From Raja brachyura (Eukaryota), in contig OY740811.1 of the NCBI GenBank assembly GCA_963514005.1, positions 27,962,001 to 28,026,000 on the forward strand: a stretch of DNA of 64,000 nt, in the 5' to 3' direction. The position numbers and the translations under genes are program-made. Below the pieces are notes generated by a model. It ran no database searches, was not told the DNA's origin, and saw nothing but the letters and a program-made list of their open reading frames with translations. Position 1 is the first letter of the stretch. Every line of letters starts with the position of its first letter. Shown one piece after another: positions 52,701-64,000 of the stretch.

Positions 52701-55700
52701 GTAGCTGTAATTTCCCAGTTCCATGACCTGAGTTATCTACCTTACCTGTCAGGCCTCTTACATTGAAATAAATGCAGTTCAATCCATCAAATGTCCCTCA
52801 CAACTGCCATACTCCTGCTTGTCTTGTCTACTGAAGTTGACCTCTTTAACTTCTGTAATTGCCTCACCCTTCTCATCTGCCGCACTCTGGATCACATCCT
52901 CTCCCTTCCCCCTGCCGGACAAAACCCACATGAGTAGCTCTAGCATATTTCCCTGCCAGCATATCAATCCCCTTCCAGTTCTGCATCACATCCTCCTTTT
53001 ACAGGTCACTCTTGCCACAGTGAAGATGCAAATGGTCCAGAACCTGAATCCCTGACTACTGCACCAGCTCCAAGCCATGCATTCAACTGCCCAAACAATT
53101 AAAAAGAAAATTACATAATTGCCAGACTTCACAGACTACTTTAGCAATCTCACTATCAAAATTGTGATGTCACTGCAGCTGGCAGGTATCCATTTGAGTT
53201 CACTAGCAAGAAAGGGAGTGAGGACGATAAAATGTAAATCGTCCTGAGGGGTGTTGCCAGGTGGATGTGAGTAGCATATTTCCCCCTTAGAGATTCCTGA
53301 TAAAACAAAATAAGTCATCCATTTAGTGAAGAGATGAGGTTATTTTTTTTCTTTCAAAGGATTATGAGCCTTTGGAACTCTCTTCCTCTAAAGATGATGG
53401 AAACTGAGTATTGAAATGAGGAGTAGACGTTATATCATATCAGCCACGATATTATTAAGTTGAGGAGCAGCCTTGAGGGCCGAGTGGTCAACTCCTGCTC
53501 CTAATTCATATGTTAATATCTTTGTATGCTGTGGAGATTCAAAGTAAACCCTACAGACTGTTTGAAGCAGCCATTGAACAGGCCTGCAAACAATCCCTTG
53601 GACAATTTTAAACTGGGTGCTTTTCAGCTGCCTCCAAGGCATCTCATTTTGTCACCTAAAACTGGTCCTTTTGCAATAGTTTTACTTGTTTATGGATGTA
53701 ACATGCAACAATTCCCATCCTGAGGTTTAATCGTCCAGAACAGAAACTTACTGAGCACCTTGCACAGGCATAATCCTTCTGTACTAATTGCCGGTATCAT
53801 TTTACAGATAAATTAAAATGTACCAAACTTCTAAACTAATTGCAATTCTTATTTTTTTTTAAACTGCCGGAGGAACCCAACAGGTCATGCAGCATCTGTG
53901 GAGATAAATGGACAGTTGACATTTCAGGTCAGTACTCTTCTTTAAGATTGTCTTGAAGACCAGAAATTTCATCCATCCATTACCCTTCTCAAATGCTGCC
54001 TGATCCACTGAGTTGTTCCAACAGTTTGTTTTTGTGCTCAAGCTTACAGCATCAGCAGTCTCTTGTGTCCACATTTGACTGTTATTATTATAACCGCTCT
54101 GGAATCTTTTACAATATGGAAGATTCTATGGTAAGATAGTGGTATACAATGAATTCTGGCTCAGTCGGGACAGTGAGCTCTATTCCTGATTCCCATCCAA
54201 GTATCCAGGTCAGAGCACGGTCACTTAAAAAAAGTGAATGCAGAGTGCATCAGATTATTCACAAAGAATAACAGCCAAACATCCAGAAAATCTGTAAGAA
54301 TGACTCTTTCATAGGTACAACTCTGTTAAAAATTTAAGCTGTCCCTGTTGTTGCTCCTGTCCTTTCTGTTGCTGTTATTGTTACTCTCCTTTCTGAGGGC
54401 TGGCTGATTGGAAAAGTTCCAGCTCCACCCCTGGGCTACGTGTCCATTAAATACAAAGGTAAACCTTTAATCACAGCACATACTTCACGTACAAAATCAA
54501 GCTGTAATGCATCTCCTGCAAATTAAATAGGAAGTCCAAGTGACATCAATGATACCATCAGTGAGGCTCAGGAATGGCACAGCGCCCTGCACTATTTGGT
54601 TAAGGACCCCAGTTATTCCAGAACTTGACTGTACACTGAGAACAACATATCTTGTTCAATGTCAAGAGACCTACTGTAAGCTTCTAATTGTCCATGAGAG
54701 GTGCCATGCTATTATTTGTACGTGCAGGTAACCACACATATCACAGGTACATTAATTCAGCTACACATACAATGAAACACAGACATTGACACACATTTAT
54801 AGGTTCATACACATATATTTACAGCCAGCTAACGATACATAGATATACATACAGAAATACACATTCACAGGTATTGATAAGACATGCCGGTCCTTATATA
54901 CACATGTCCATGCGCACTTTGGCATGTATCATATACACACATGTACACAAGTCTCTCGCAATGAATTCCTCTCGCAATAAGGCCAACATGCCATTAGCTT
55001 TCTTCACTGCCTGCTGCACCTGCATGCTTACTATCATTGACTGTGTCTGATGTACAAGCACACCCAGGTCTCATTGCACCTCCATTTGTCCTAATCTGAT
55101 TCCTACTCTTTGCTTCCTGTCTGCCAACCAGTTCTTTATCCATGTGTCACTGCTTTCCAAACGTGCTGTTATAACACCTTTAATAATCGACTCAAGCATC
55201 TTCCCCACTACCGATGCCGACTCACATCTCCATATCCTCATCCCTAATGACCTACAGTCTATCCTCATGTCCCCCTCTTCTAAGTATCTAAGTATTAATA
55301 TTCAGTTAAACCCTGATGCTGCATCAATATTCACAGAGGGCGTTCACACAGAGGAAGCTTAAATCTTTATTGGCTTCACTTTGAGCATCAGGGAATGATA
55401 ATATTTTCAGAAATCTGAAACTTTCAGGCATTTGTCCAAGGATTAAAAAATAGCTTTGTTCTATAAATAATGTAAGGCAGTGTGCACATTGCCTTACAAA
55501 GGCAAAATTTACATTACAATAGAATTAGTTGTAGTCTTTGCAATATGACCCATTTCCCAATGCATGCATACTCATGGAATCGTGGAATTATACAATCTGA
55601 AGGCCATTTGGGAAATTGAGCATTCGCGTGAACTGTCCAAGTTGCCCCACTGCACTGCATGCTGTTTCAATTATTTTGAATTATGTTTTGAAAGTGATTG

Positions 55701-55914
55701 TCAAATCTCTTTCACCACTATTCTGAGCAGTAAATTACAGATTAAAACAACTTGCTGACCAAAGAAATGCTTTTTCATATCAACTCTCATACCCACACTC
55801 CTGAAAAAAAGAAAATAAAATGTTAACAAACATTAATTGATCCGGCAATAGGAGTAATATCCAACAGTCCAGTATTACTGAAAACCCTATCATGCTGGAT
55901 TATCAGAATTTTAC

Positions 55915-56710
55915 AGCATTGAGTTGCTGAATGAGTGGGCAACCAGATGGAGTACAATATGTAAAAAATATGAGGTTATCTACTTCAGTACAAAAAGCAG
56001 ACTATTATTTAAATGATAAAATATTAGGAAATGTTGATGTTCTAAGGAATCTGGCTATCCACTTACATAAGTCACTGAACACCAACAAATGGGTGTAGCA
56101 TGTAATTAGGATGAAAAATAGTTTGTCAACTTTTTCTTGCCAAAAGACTTGAATACAAGTAATGATGTCTTACTACATTGAGATAAAGTTTCTTGGAATA
56201 ACCACACCTGGAAAATTATGTACAGTTTTGGATTCCTTACCTAAATAAGGATATACACACTGTAATGGAAGAACACTGAAGATTCGCCAGACTGGCAGAT
56301 CTTTCTGTATAAGCAGCTAGTATTCTCTATTCTACGGTGTTTAAAATAATTAAAGGTGACTGAACTGAACCTCGAAAGAGTGGATATGGGTTGGCTGTTT
56401 CTTTGGCTGAAAATTTCTAAATTAAGGGTCAAAGTGTCAAATAATCGGCTGGTCATTTGGGATTGAAATGAGGAAGTGTTTTCATTGAAATTATGGTGAT
56501 TCCTTGGAATATGTACCTGAAAAAGCTGTGGTGGCTCAATCATAGATTGCATTCAAAACCAAGATCGATAGATAGATTTCTGAATTTTTAATAAAGGATA
56601 TGGGTATGAGGCAGGAAATCAGTGTTAAGGTGGAAGACCAGCTATAATTTGGTTGAAAGATCAAGCACGTTTGAATGGTTTCTCCAGCATCTATTTCTTA
56701 TGTTCTTATT
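55915..56710 (+). mobile_element. Old degenerate CR1-type LINE
   Basis: Remnants of WQMEYN..KCEV.HF, CVQFW.PY and a CR1-like 3' tail. Confidence 0.55.
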
Positions 56711-57046
56711 CGCCAAACTCTTCTAAATACCATTTAATATTGTTTGAGATTTTTAATATCTGTTATCCCATTTCTGATGTTAGGCTGATTCACTAAGTGT
56801 TTTTAAATGTGTAATAATTAAATACCTCTACCCTATTCCCGGCAAATAAGGAGCATTGCATAATGTGACCAGAATCTCTGGAATTTCCTTTCTAATTCCT
56901 TCAGTAATCTAGAATGGAATGCCTCTAATCCGGGTGATTTTGTGATATGTTGAGAACATCTAATTCATCATTTATTTATTTTTTACTGCATTTACTTTCA
57001 AAACAGTCTCCTCCTTTAGAGTTACGTTGGCAGCATCTTAGTTGCT

Positions 57047-57108
57047 GGTGAAGTGATGCAGGACAGGTGGAGTGATGCAGGACAGGTGAAGTGATGCAGG
57101 TCAGGTGG
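57047..57108 (+). repeat. 19-bp tandem repeat, about 3 copies (GGTGRAGTGATGCAGGACA)
   Basis: Read directly. Confidence 0.85.
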
Positions 57109-58689
57109 ATTTCTTTCATTCAGAGGATTGAGAGTCTTCAGAATTCTCCACCCTCGGGGGTGTGGATGCTTGGTAGCAAGTTTATCCAAGGCTGAGATGG
57201 TGCCTGTGTTGGAAACCAGGAAAATCAAAAGATTAAAACATAAACTGTTGGAACACAATCTTATTGCCTCCACAGATGCTGCGGAGTTTATGTTCTGTTC
57301 TGGATTCCAGCATCTGTAGTTGCTTGTCCCTCATATGAAGAGCTTCTACCACATCATAGACCCATGAGAACATGTGCCTTCACGCTATCTAGCTTATTCT
57401 AAATACTGCATAGATTTATGCAGAAATATTCCAAATCAATTTCAGACTTCTTCATATTTAGCCTCTGTCTTGAACCCTGCTATTTCTGAGCAACTCTTCA
57501 CTCTAGTTTTAATTGCATCTCCTCGTCCTGTGAACACATATTATCCTTAACATTTCATCTTTGTGATGATTCCCTTCATATCCATTTTTTGGGGATAACA
57601 ATTTAGAGAGACAGAAACTCAGTAAAGAAAGTTGAACTAGTTCAATGTGTGCCAATACTGCAAGATAGTCTAAACTTCCTGTGTGGCTCAATGATTATGA
57701 CCAAGATACAGACGTACAAGCAGATTCCAAGTTCACTTTAGGGTTAGTGTTGTGTCAGTTGATTCCTGTGGGTCATCTTTTCCTGGAATAATAATATTCC
57801 TGTGTTAAATCCTTTTTGTAACAACCATTCCATAACATTGAATAACTGTAATTTTGTACAACAAATATCTATCTGCAGGCATGACATAGAAACATACAGT
57901 TAACTCTTTAGTTCACACTGTGAGTGTGAAGACATATTCCAGGCTATGTGGAATTTAATTTTCGATCTGGAATTTGATTCAGATGGGACAGAAACCACAT
58001 TGCAGTCAACATTGCTTCTAAATGGACCACTCCTCAGAACTGCAGGTTACAGCAAAGGCAGGGGCAGGAAGAAGGGTCTCGACCCGAAACGTCGCCTATC
58101 TCCTTCGCTCCTTAGATGCTGCTGCACCCGCTGAGTTTCTCCAGCCTTTTGTGTACCCTCGATTCTCCAGCATCTGCAGTTCCTTCTTTAACAGCAAAGG
58201 CAGGGGAGCAGGTTGGTGAGGATCCCAGGTAAATCCACGCACCACAACATTGTTTAACGTCCCAACATGAGTATTTTCAAGTTCAGACAGAATTTTCCCC
58301 GTTTTCTCCCCTCTTCTCTCATGAAGGTACTGACCCACACTGGGGTTCAGGACCACGCATCTCATGAAGGTACTGACCCGGATTCGGGATCTGTCTCCCT
58401 CTTCTCCCGAAGAAGCTAACTCTCGCTGAGATTCAGGACATCTGCTCCCCGAAGATGTTGACACTCACTGGTATAATGCTGAATTTGAAGAAGGTGTATT
58501 TGTGCTGCACATGGGACAATCACAAGGTCTAAGACATACGTGGAAAAATAATCTGCCCACCTTTGCTCATTACTCATAGTTTTCTAATACCCACATAGAG
58601 CTATTAGTCTGATGGTTCTAGGTTTTTGCTTCCATTCTCTATCTGCTGCTTATTGATTACTTTTGTTCATTGTTGGACCCTATATATAC

Positions 58690-59900
58690 CAAGCTACAGT
58701 GAAAAGCTTTGTTTGTATGCTATCCAATCAGATCAGATAATATTATACATAAATGCTATCGTCCAACTCAAGTACAGTAGATAGAGCAAAGGGGAAGATA
58801 CAGAGTGCAGAATATAGTTCTCAATATCATAGTGCATCAATTCCATAGACAAAATCCAATGTATGTAATGGGGTAGAGGTGAATCAGACAGTACCCTAGC
58901 TTATTGATGAACAGTTCAGAAGTCTGATCACAAATGGGAAAAAGCTGTTCCTGAGTCTGGAGGTGTGCACTTTCAAGCTTCTGTACTTTCTGTCAGATTG
59001 GGACAGGGAGAAGAAGGAAAGGGACAAAGGGCGGGACAAGTCTTTGATTATGTTGGCTGCTTTTCCAAGGCTGCGTGAAGTATAGATGGATTCAGTGGTC
59101 GGGAGCCTGGTCTGTATCGTGGACTGGGCTACATCTGCAACTCTCTACAGTTTCTTACAGTCTTGGGCAGAACTGTTTGCAAACCAAATTGTGATGCAAC
59201 CCAAAAGTATGCCCCCTATGGTGCATCTGCAGAGTTGTTAGAAACATGCCAAATTTCTTCTGTCTCCAAAGGAAGTAGAGGTATTGCTGTGCCTTCTTAG
59301 CTATCGCATCAATGTGGTTGGTCCATGACAGCTTGTTGATAATACTAATGCCAAATAAATTAATTTATCAACCATTTCCAATTTGGCACCATTGATGCAG
59401 ATTTGGGCATGTACCGCACCATGCCTCCTGATGTTGATAACTAACTCCTTTGCTTTGCTGACGTAGAGGGAGAGGTTGTTGTCCTGACTTCATGTCACTA
59501 AGTTCTCTATCCTCTTCCTCTATCTTCTCATTGTTCGTGATCTGGCCCACCGCAGTAGTGTCATCTGCAAATTTATAGACGGAGTTAGAGCCAAATTTTG
59601 CCACACAATCGTGAGTGTATATGGAGCATAGTAGGGGACCGAGAGCGCATCCTTGTGGGGCACCAGTGTTGAGAATTATCGTAGAGGAGGTTATGTCACC
59701 TATCCTCACTGATTGTGATCTGTGAGTCAGAAAGTCAAGGATCCTTTGGCAGAGGGGGTGCTGATTCCTAGGTCCTGGCGAGTTTGGATGGGATTATGGT
59801 GTTGAAGGCAGAGCCGATAAATAGGTGCCTAGTGTAGGAATCCTTGTTGTCTAGGTGTTTCAGAGATTAGTTTAGGGCCAAGGACATGGCATCTTCTGTG
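58690..59900 (-). mobile_element. Rex1/Babar-type LINE fragment
   Basis: [40 protein letters not shown]. Confidence 0.8.
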
Positions 59901-59964
59901 GATCTTTAGACCTCTAACCAGTGACTGGGATTCTCTCCACTTAATTCCAACTGATCTTGCACTA

Positions 59965-60565
59965 AATTCGCTCAGCCCATCTGAACCTACCTAATCTCCC
60001 GGTTGCTTAATTTAATTCTCATTCCCATTCCTACGCAGACCTTTCTGTCCCAGGTCTCCTCCATTGTCAGAGTGAGGCTAAACGCAAATTGGAGGAACAG
60101 CGTCTCATATTTCGCTTGGGCAGCTTAAAGCCCAGTGATATGATTATTGATTTCAGGTGGACAAAAGTGCTCGAGAAACTCAGCGGGTGTAGCAGCATCT
60201 ATGGATCGAAGGAAATAGGCAACTTTTCGGGCAGAAACTCTTCTTCAGATATGATTATTGATTTCTCTCACTTCAGGTACCCCCGGCATTTCCTCTCGTT
60301 CTATCCCTCCCCCACCCAAGTCGCACTAGCTTCTGGTTTTCACCCTACAAACTAACAATGGCCTGTTTCCTTTATCATCGTTACTTTTTTGCATATCTTT
60401 TATTCATTGTTCTTTATCTCTGCACATCATCGTCTATATCTCTCGTTTCCCTTATCGCTAACCAGTCTGAAGAAGGGTCTCAACACGAAACGTCACCCAT
60501 TCCTTCTGTCCAGAGATTCTGCCTGTCCTGCCGAGCTACTCCAGCTTTTTGTGTCTATGTTCGAT
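59965..60565 (+). mobile_element. Penelope-like 3' fragment and pLTR with a nested inverted mini-insert (60155-60247)
   Basis: RKLEEQRLIFRLGSLKP; core at 60467; 18-bp duplication GATATGATTATTGATTTC flanks the nested insert. Confidence 0.85.
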
Positions 60566-62254
60566 AAATATTGCAATACTTTATAACACCCTAACTTGTT
60601 AAACTGTGTGGAATTCACTGTTAAGAAACACTTGCAGACAGGGTACACAACTAACCACAATTAACCTGCACCTGGAGAGTTCTCACTTCTGTCATATGAA
60701 CATTAGCTCTTCCAGGATTGACTTCCCAGTAGATTACATTTTGAAAGTTCTGAAAAATAATTTCACACATTAAATAAAGCATAAATAAAAATGTGAAATA
60801 AAACTAAATTGGATGTGTTTTGCAAACCAACGGAAGGAATGTGGGCAGAGCATATTTCCATGATATCAGAATCAGCCGTGGCACTTGGAACAAAATCCAA
60901 AGTGCAGAAGCTGAAATGTGGTTCAGAGATGAAGAATAATTTTAGCTACTGTTCCTCGAAGGAACTTTAGGAGACGATTCTCAAAAATCCAAAATAGGCT
61001 TGGTTACTGGAATCTCGGAAATGTGGGCTGGTTTTAATAGACAAATGGGGAAGGTTGAAAGGTAGACTGGTGAGTGATAAAGACTGCATTGGGATTAAAA
61101 ATAAAACTGCCTCCACACAGAGTGCCAGAGGCACATTCCAACGCATGACCTCATTTCCTGCATGTCAGAGTTTATTACGCCTGACTCACCGGCTCTCTGT
61201 TGCCTGGTGATTTAGTCTGGGGGCATGAGTCCCACCCTGATAAACTTTATTTCCAGAGCACGCCCTCAGGTCCAACTCAAGCATTTTGTCAGTAGTTGCG
61301 GTTTACAGCAAGTACAGACACTCCACTCGTACCACTTCCCAATTTCTCTTAAAGGAGCTAGGCAATTTCAAGGGCGGTTAAAAACACTGCCCCATTCTCT
61401 CCATTTAAAATTTTCTCTCACCCCTCCTGAATAGATTCTCATCACTGTAGAATGCAAGCATCATTTGCCCCGAATAATCCATTCAAAATTATTTTTATGT
61501 GGGGGCTGACAGATTGAATGCTCAGGGTGCTCTATTGTGGATTTCATCACAAAAGAACAAAGCTATTTTTGAGCACTAACCCAGCAATTAAGATTGGGGA
61601 TTCTGCCGGAATCTGCCCTTGCTAATGCAGGTGGACTCAGGCTATCCAAATTCCCTGTTTCATTTGTGTCCCCAGAATTTTTCCCTGATTGAGAAGAGGA
61701 GCTAAAGCAATGGGTCTCCTTGTATGACTCTGAATAACTTTAATTGTTGCATTAACTCCAAAAGAATCAGTGAAAATACGTAATTTGTAAAATGTTTCTG
61801 AGCCAACCAAGATGTTATTAACTGCAGATGCTGGTTTAATCTGAAGATAGACACAAAGAGCTGGAGTAACTCAGGGGTTCAGGCAGCATTTCTGGAGAGA
61901 AGGAATGGGTGACCCTTCTTCAGCCTAGTTAAGGATATGGGAAACAAGAGATACAGATGATGATGTAGAGATAAAGAACAATGAATGCTGGGTTAAAACG
62001 TGGTCGTAGAATCAGAGAACAGGAATAATCACAGAGGTGGAGCAGCAGTAGTGGATATCTCTCGACAGATCAAGAAAGTGGCTTGTTTGGATTGTTCTGT
62101 GCTCTTTCTACTGTTTGAACCAGGCCACAACGTGCTGTTGTTAGACAGATTCAAACTACTGGAGCCTTCCCAGAATCTTCTCTTGCAGTATGAGCAGTCT
62201 TGGGGAAGGATTTCCGATGAAAATGTTATAATATGGGTGTTTAGTTTCGTAAGA

Positions 62255-63565
62255 CCATGACTAAGGAGCAGAATTAGGTCACTCGGCCCATCGAGACAAC
62301 TGCACTATTCGATCATAACTCATCTATTTTTCCTCTCAACCCTATTCTACTGCTTTCTCCCCGTGACCTTGGATGCACTTAGTAAAGAAGAACTTATCAA
62401 TCTCTGTCTTAAAAATCCCCAATGTCTTGGCCTCCACAGACATCTGTGACAATGAATTCCACAGATTCACCACCATCTGGCTAAAGAAATTCCTTCTCAT
62501 TTCCATTCAAATGGTACCTCCTTTTATTGTAAGTGTGTCCTCAAGTTCTAGACATCCCCATAATTTGCGGGCTAGTGGCTGAGCCTCGCGGGCCAGAACC
62601 TCGCAAGCCGGACGTAGGGCCACGCTGGCCAGCGGTGGAACCTCGCAGGCTGGCGGTGGAACCTCGCGGGGCAGTGGTGGAACCGCATGGGTGGGAGCCC
62701 GTCTTCACGGGTTGGCGATGCAGCCTCGCAGGCCGGAACCTCGTGGGCCTGAACCTGGCAGGTCGGAGGTGGAACCTCGCGGGTCGACAGAGCCCATGGC
62801 TGGGGCTTGGGTCGGCGCTAAGGAGGCATTCGGAGAGGATCCGACAGCGTTGGTGGAGAGGTCGGTGCGGCGGCCGATGATGGCATCGACCAACGGATGA
62901 GTATGGGCACGTGGAAGTGAGCACGTCACTGCCGAGGGAAGGAACATTGGAGGACCTTATGTGGGGAGACCACCGTGTGGGAGGGGGGAGTGGGGGAAGA
63001 ACAAATGGGGAACTTGGGAGGGAGGGTGGGGATTAGTAACTTTGTAAGCGCCCTTTAAGGGTGACTATTGGCATACCTTGGTAAGGTATGCAAGCAAAGA
63101 ATTTCATTGTGACTTGTCACATGTGACTATAAAGTATTTCATTCAATTCAATTCAATTCAACTGGAAACATCCTTTCCACGTCCACTCTATGTAGACGTT
63201 TCATTATCCGGTAGTTTTCAATGAGATCCCTCCTTATCCTTCTGAATTCCAGCAAATACAGGCCCAGAGCTTGCAAACGCTCCTCGTACGTTAACCCAAA
63301 CATCCCTGGGAGCATTCTTGCAAACCTCATCATGACCCTCCCCAAGACCAGCATGTCCTTTCTCAGATATGGAGCCCAAAACTGCTCACAATATTCCAAA
63401 GGTGGCCCCACCAATGCTGTATAATGCCTCAACACTACATCCTTGCTTTTATATACTACTCCCCTCAAAATTAATACTAGCATTGCATTTGCCCTTCCTA
63501 CCTGCAACTGGACCTGAAAATTAACCTTTTGGGAATCCTACACCAGCACTCCCAAGTCCCTTTGA
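62255..63565 (-). mobile_element. CR1-type LINE interrupted by a GC-rich SINE-like insert (~62560-63160)
   Basis: YTALVGPPLEYCEQFWAPYLRKD...TYEERLQALGLYLLEFRR; the 3' part resumes near 62555. Confidence 0.8.
62570..62790 (+). repeat. GC-rich minisatellite, units of ~15-21 bp around GAACCTCGCRGG
   Basis: About 8 degenerate units read directly. Confidence 0.75.
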
Positions 63566-64000
63566 AGCATAATGAAAGCCTTGACATTGGAGATGTTGGT
63601 CTTAGAGAAGGTGCTGACATTGGTTTGCCTATCACAAGAAAGGATGAGTAAGCCGTATAGATGTAGACTTTTCTGAGCCTTGTGGTATGATACAGACAGG
63701 AAGACAAGAATCTGAAAATCACTCGTGTAGACCATAAGATTTTTAGTTTTCAGTTCCGATCTTCAAACACCCGTTTTTTCAAGTGGCTGAAGGCTGTGTT
63801 TGCACACTGGAGGTATTTATCCTCACTGACAGGTGCATTCTCAGGTAAAATAAGTGATCAAAGTGGACCAGGATTTTGTCATGAACCCTGATTGTCAGAG
63901 AAGGAGACAGTGCAATGTGACATGGGTGGATTGATGATGGTCTTTTAATTTTCAGTTCTTTAGAGTAAAACAACTCGTCTTCTTATGCTCTTTGCTGAAG

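Noticed and set aside
57047-62790. CRISPR-like arrays at 57047 and 62570
   Set aside because: Head-to-tail units without unique spacers, eukaryotic context and no cas genes.

Overview
This is vertebrate genomic DNA; the repeat content suggests a cartilaginous fish, probably a skate or ray (inference). Bases 676-16787 on the minus strand hold all eight coding exons of SLC45A1, an MFS sugar transporter. Every intron is GT-AG and in phase, giving 2208 nt and 735 aa. A probable non-coding first exon and promoter lie at ~20.4-21.1 kb. The rest (21-64 kb) appears intergenic and transposon-rich: CR1, RTE and Rex/Babar LINE fragments, Penelope-like (RT + GIY-YIG) elements, two non-autonomous Helitrons, an internally deleted DIRS tyrosine-recombinase retrotransposon, a solo LTR and a decayed Harbinger transposase. 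The most striking signal is a minimal hammerhead-ribozyme-like core (CTGAAGA-A-GGGT-loop-RCCC-GAAA-CGTY) in about 20 Penelope-derived copies. Several of these are ~90-130 bp mini-inserts flanked by 11-18 bp direct repeats. Exon coordinates were read base by base; most repeat boundaries are approximate.
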